Assembly: GCF_963921235.1 (NCBI RefSeq)
Contig: NC_086097.1
Location: 58,778,001-58,842,000, forward strand
Direction: 5' to 3'
From: Mobula hypostoma
Lineage: Eukaryota
DNA: 64,000 nucleotides
Shown: one piece after another, positions 61,896 to 64,000 of the stretch
Layout of the letters: every line of letters begins with the position of its first letter
Numbering within the stretch: position 1 is the first letter of the stretch
Program-made: the position numbers and the translations under genes
Notes under the pieces: model-generated
Told to the model about the DNA's origin: nothing
The model's database searches: none
What the model saw: only the letters and a program-made list of their open reading frames with translations

Positions 61896-62216
61896 TGAGG
61901 GGTGATTGATAAATTCGTGGCCCAAGGTAGAAGGAGTTGAGTTATTAACTTCAAACATTCTGCATAATTACTCAAAGAGCTGAACTGCATGTGCATGTAA
62001 CGAGAGTTGTATAACTCATCTCCTTCTACCTTAGGCCACGAACTTATCAATCACCCCCGCTGTGGACACTTTCTGGAGGTCCAAAATCCGTATGCCCCAC
62101 GACTGCTGGACTAAGTGTGTAAATGTAGGAGGAGACTATGTTGAAAAATAAATGTGCTAGGTTTTCTAAAATTGACTCCTTCTATCTTAGGCCACAAACT
62201 TATCAATCACCCCCCA
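61896..62216. mobile_element. mariner-type MITE, 321 bp, with an internal third TIR copy
   Basis: TA|tgaggggtgattgataaattcgtggcc ... ggccacaaacttatcaatcacccccca|TA; extra TIR copy at about 62015-62058. Confidence 0.85.
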
Positions 62217-63284
62217 TATTTGCCATTGCAATAACCACTGCATCACATAAGGGTCTGCATCTGAAGATGATGAAGGTCGATCATGAGGTTATGTGTTAAT
62301 TGGATGTCAAAGATGATAAAAATGTCCTCTATTTCACATCTTTTCTTTCAGATGTTCACGAGTCACCCTTTCACCTTTTATTGCTTTATTTCCAATGTCC
62401 TTCACTAAATTCTAATTAAAATTTCCCCACTTCCTGCCTTCATGGAGTTTGCTATATTCTTATATTTATTGCTGCAACTATTTTATCCCTCTGACATGTT
62501 CTTTTAATGTTACCCCTAAATCAGTCTCTTTGAACACCATTACATATCACCGTCCTTTAGTTGACTTTGATTACCTAGTTAACCTTTTCATAAGGTAAAA
62601 TTGTAACCCTGGAAAAGACTAATGGAAACTAGATAGGATGCTGGAGTCCTTCAACTGCTTATAATTAGGTCATTTGTACATTGTTTGTCACAGAAAAAGT
62701 TCTGTAAAGTCCATGCCATGGTGTTTAATTCTAATTATTGTTGATGTATTTTGAAAACAGAGCATTGAAGTGTTATCTGGTGGAAGTTTTCTAATCAACT
62801 TTATGATTTCAATTATGTTTGACTTTCATTTTGGCTGCAATGTCATTTCTGTACCGTTAATGAATTGGCAGATTAACAATTGGTTTATTTGAATTGTTTA
62901 TCATTGAAAAAAACATGACTTTTGTTCCTGGGTGACGATTTATGATGTAGTTCACTGGCATTTAATTTAAAAATCATTAGTTGTTCCTGCCTCATAATCA
63001 TGTCTTATCCAATAACATTTAAAATGAAAGCATTCAATTTTTAAGAAATTCAACACAGGTTGTAAAAGGCAAGTATGCTTGGTAGTTTATATTACAATTA
63101 TTAAGATGTCAATAAAGAAAAAGTTGCTTTTGCAGAACACCTTTGGATAAAGTACTTTGCAGCAAATTAAATAATTTTAAAGTATGCTGTTCTAATTTAG
63201 GAAAAGTGAAAATGGTTTTCAAACATCAAAATCCCACAAATAACTGTATGATATCGGCAATATAACATGGCGTTATTTGATGGA

Positions 63285-64000
63285 GAGGTGATCGGAAATA
63301 ACATCTCAACATTGACAATGCTGACAATTAACACTGGTGCTCCTCAAGGATACATGTTTAGCCCACTTCTCTACTCTCTCTATACCCACGATTGTGCAGG
63401 TAACACCACTTTTGCTGACAGAATTTCAGATGGTGACAAGGAGACGTACAGGAGTGAGACAGATCAGTTGGTTGAGTGGTGTCAAAACAACAACCTTGCA
63501 CTCAACATCAGTAAGACCCAGGAACTGATTGTGGACTTCAGGAAGGGCAAGTCGAAGGAACACACCCCTCCCCTCATCAAGGGGTCAGCAGTGGAAAGGG
63601 TGGAAAGCAAGTTCCTGGGTGTCAACATCTCTGAGGATCTATCCTTGCCCCAATATATTGATGCAATTACAAAGAAGGCACTACAGTAGCTATATTTCAT
63701 TCGAAGTTTGAGGAGATTTGGTTTGTCACCAAAGCTACTCATAAATTTCTGCAAATGTACTGTGGGGAACTTTCACCGTCTGGTATGGAGGGACTACTGC
63801 ACAGGATTGGGAAAAGCTGCATCATGCACACTAGCCTCCCTAGCATCAAGGACACCTTCAGAAGGCAATGCCTCACAAAGGATGCATCCATTATTAAAGA
63901 CCCATCTCATCCAGGATTTGCCCTCTTCTCATTGCTACCATCAAGGAGGAGATAACGAAGCCTCAACATTTCAGAAACAGCTACTTACCCTCTGCTATCT
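63285..64000 (+). mobile_element. Rex1/Babar RT 3' fragment
   Basis: INTGAPQGYMFSPLLYSLYTHDC..WCQNNNLALNISKTQELIVDFR..FLGVNISEDL. Confidence 0.88.

Overview
This is eukaryotic, repeat-dense vertebrate DNA. The repeat repertoire (CR1, Rex1/Babar, Penelope-derived repeats, V-SINE, Deu-SINE) suggests a cartilaginous fish, possibly a ray; that assignment is inference. I recognise no host protein-coding gene, tRNA, rRNA or CRISPR array. The window is a mosaic of mostly decayed transposons: many CR1 and Rex1/Babar LINEs, HERO-like, R4/Dong-like and RTE LINE fragments, Penelope pieces, two Gypsy elements, three solo-LTR-like inserts, an ERV env relic, SINEs, and pogo- and mariner-type MITEs. Many are nested, with readable target-site duplications (TSDs). 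Two CR1 copies look young: an open RT frame at 40030-41703 and an ORF2 with a single stop at 50059-52950. The most interesting signal is a 410-bp non-coding RTE-type retroposon (53750-54159, 9-bp TSD) whose 5' end folds by eye into an HDV-like ribozyme pseudoknot. Dispersed Penelope-type minimal hammerhead repeats are also present, one as a discrete 89-bp TSD-flanked insertion. Family assignments rest on motif recognition by eye, and boundaries without a TSD are approximate.
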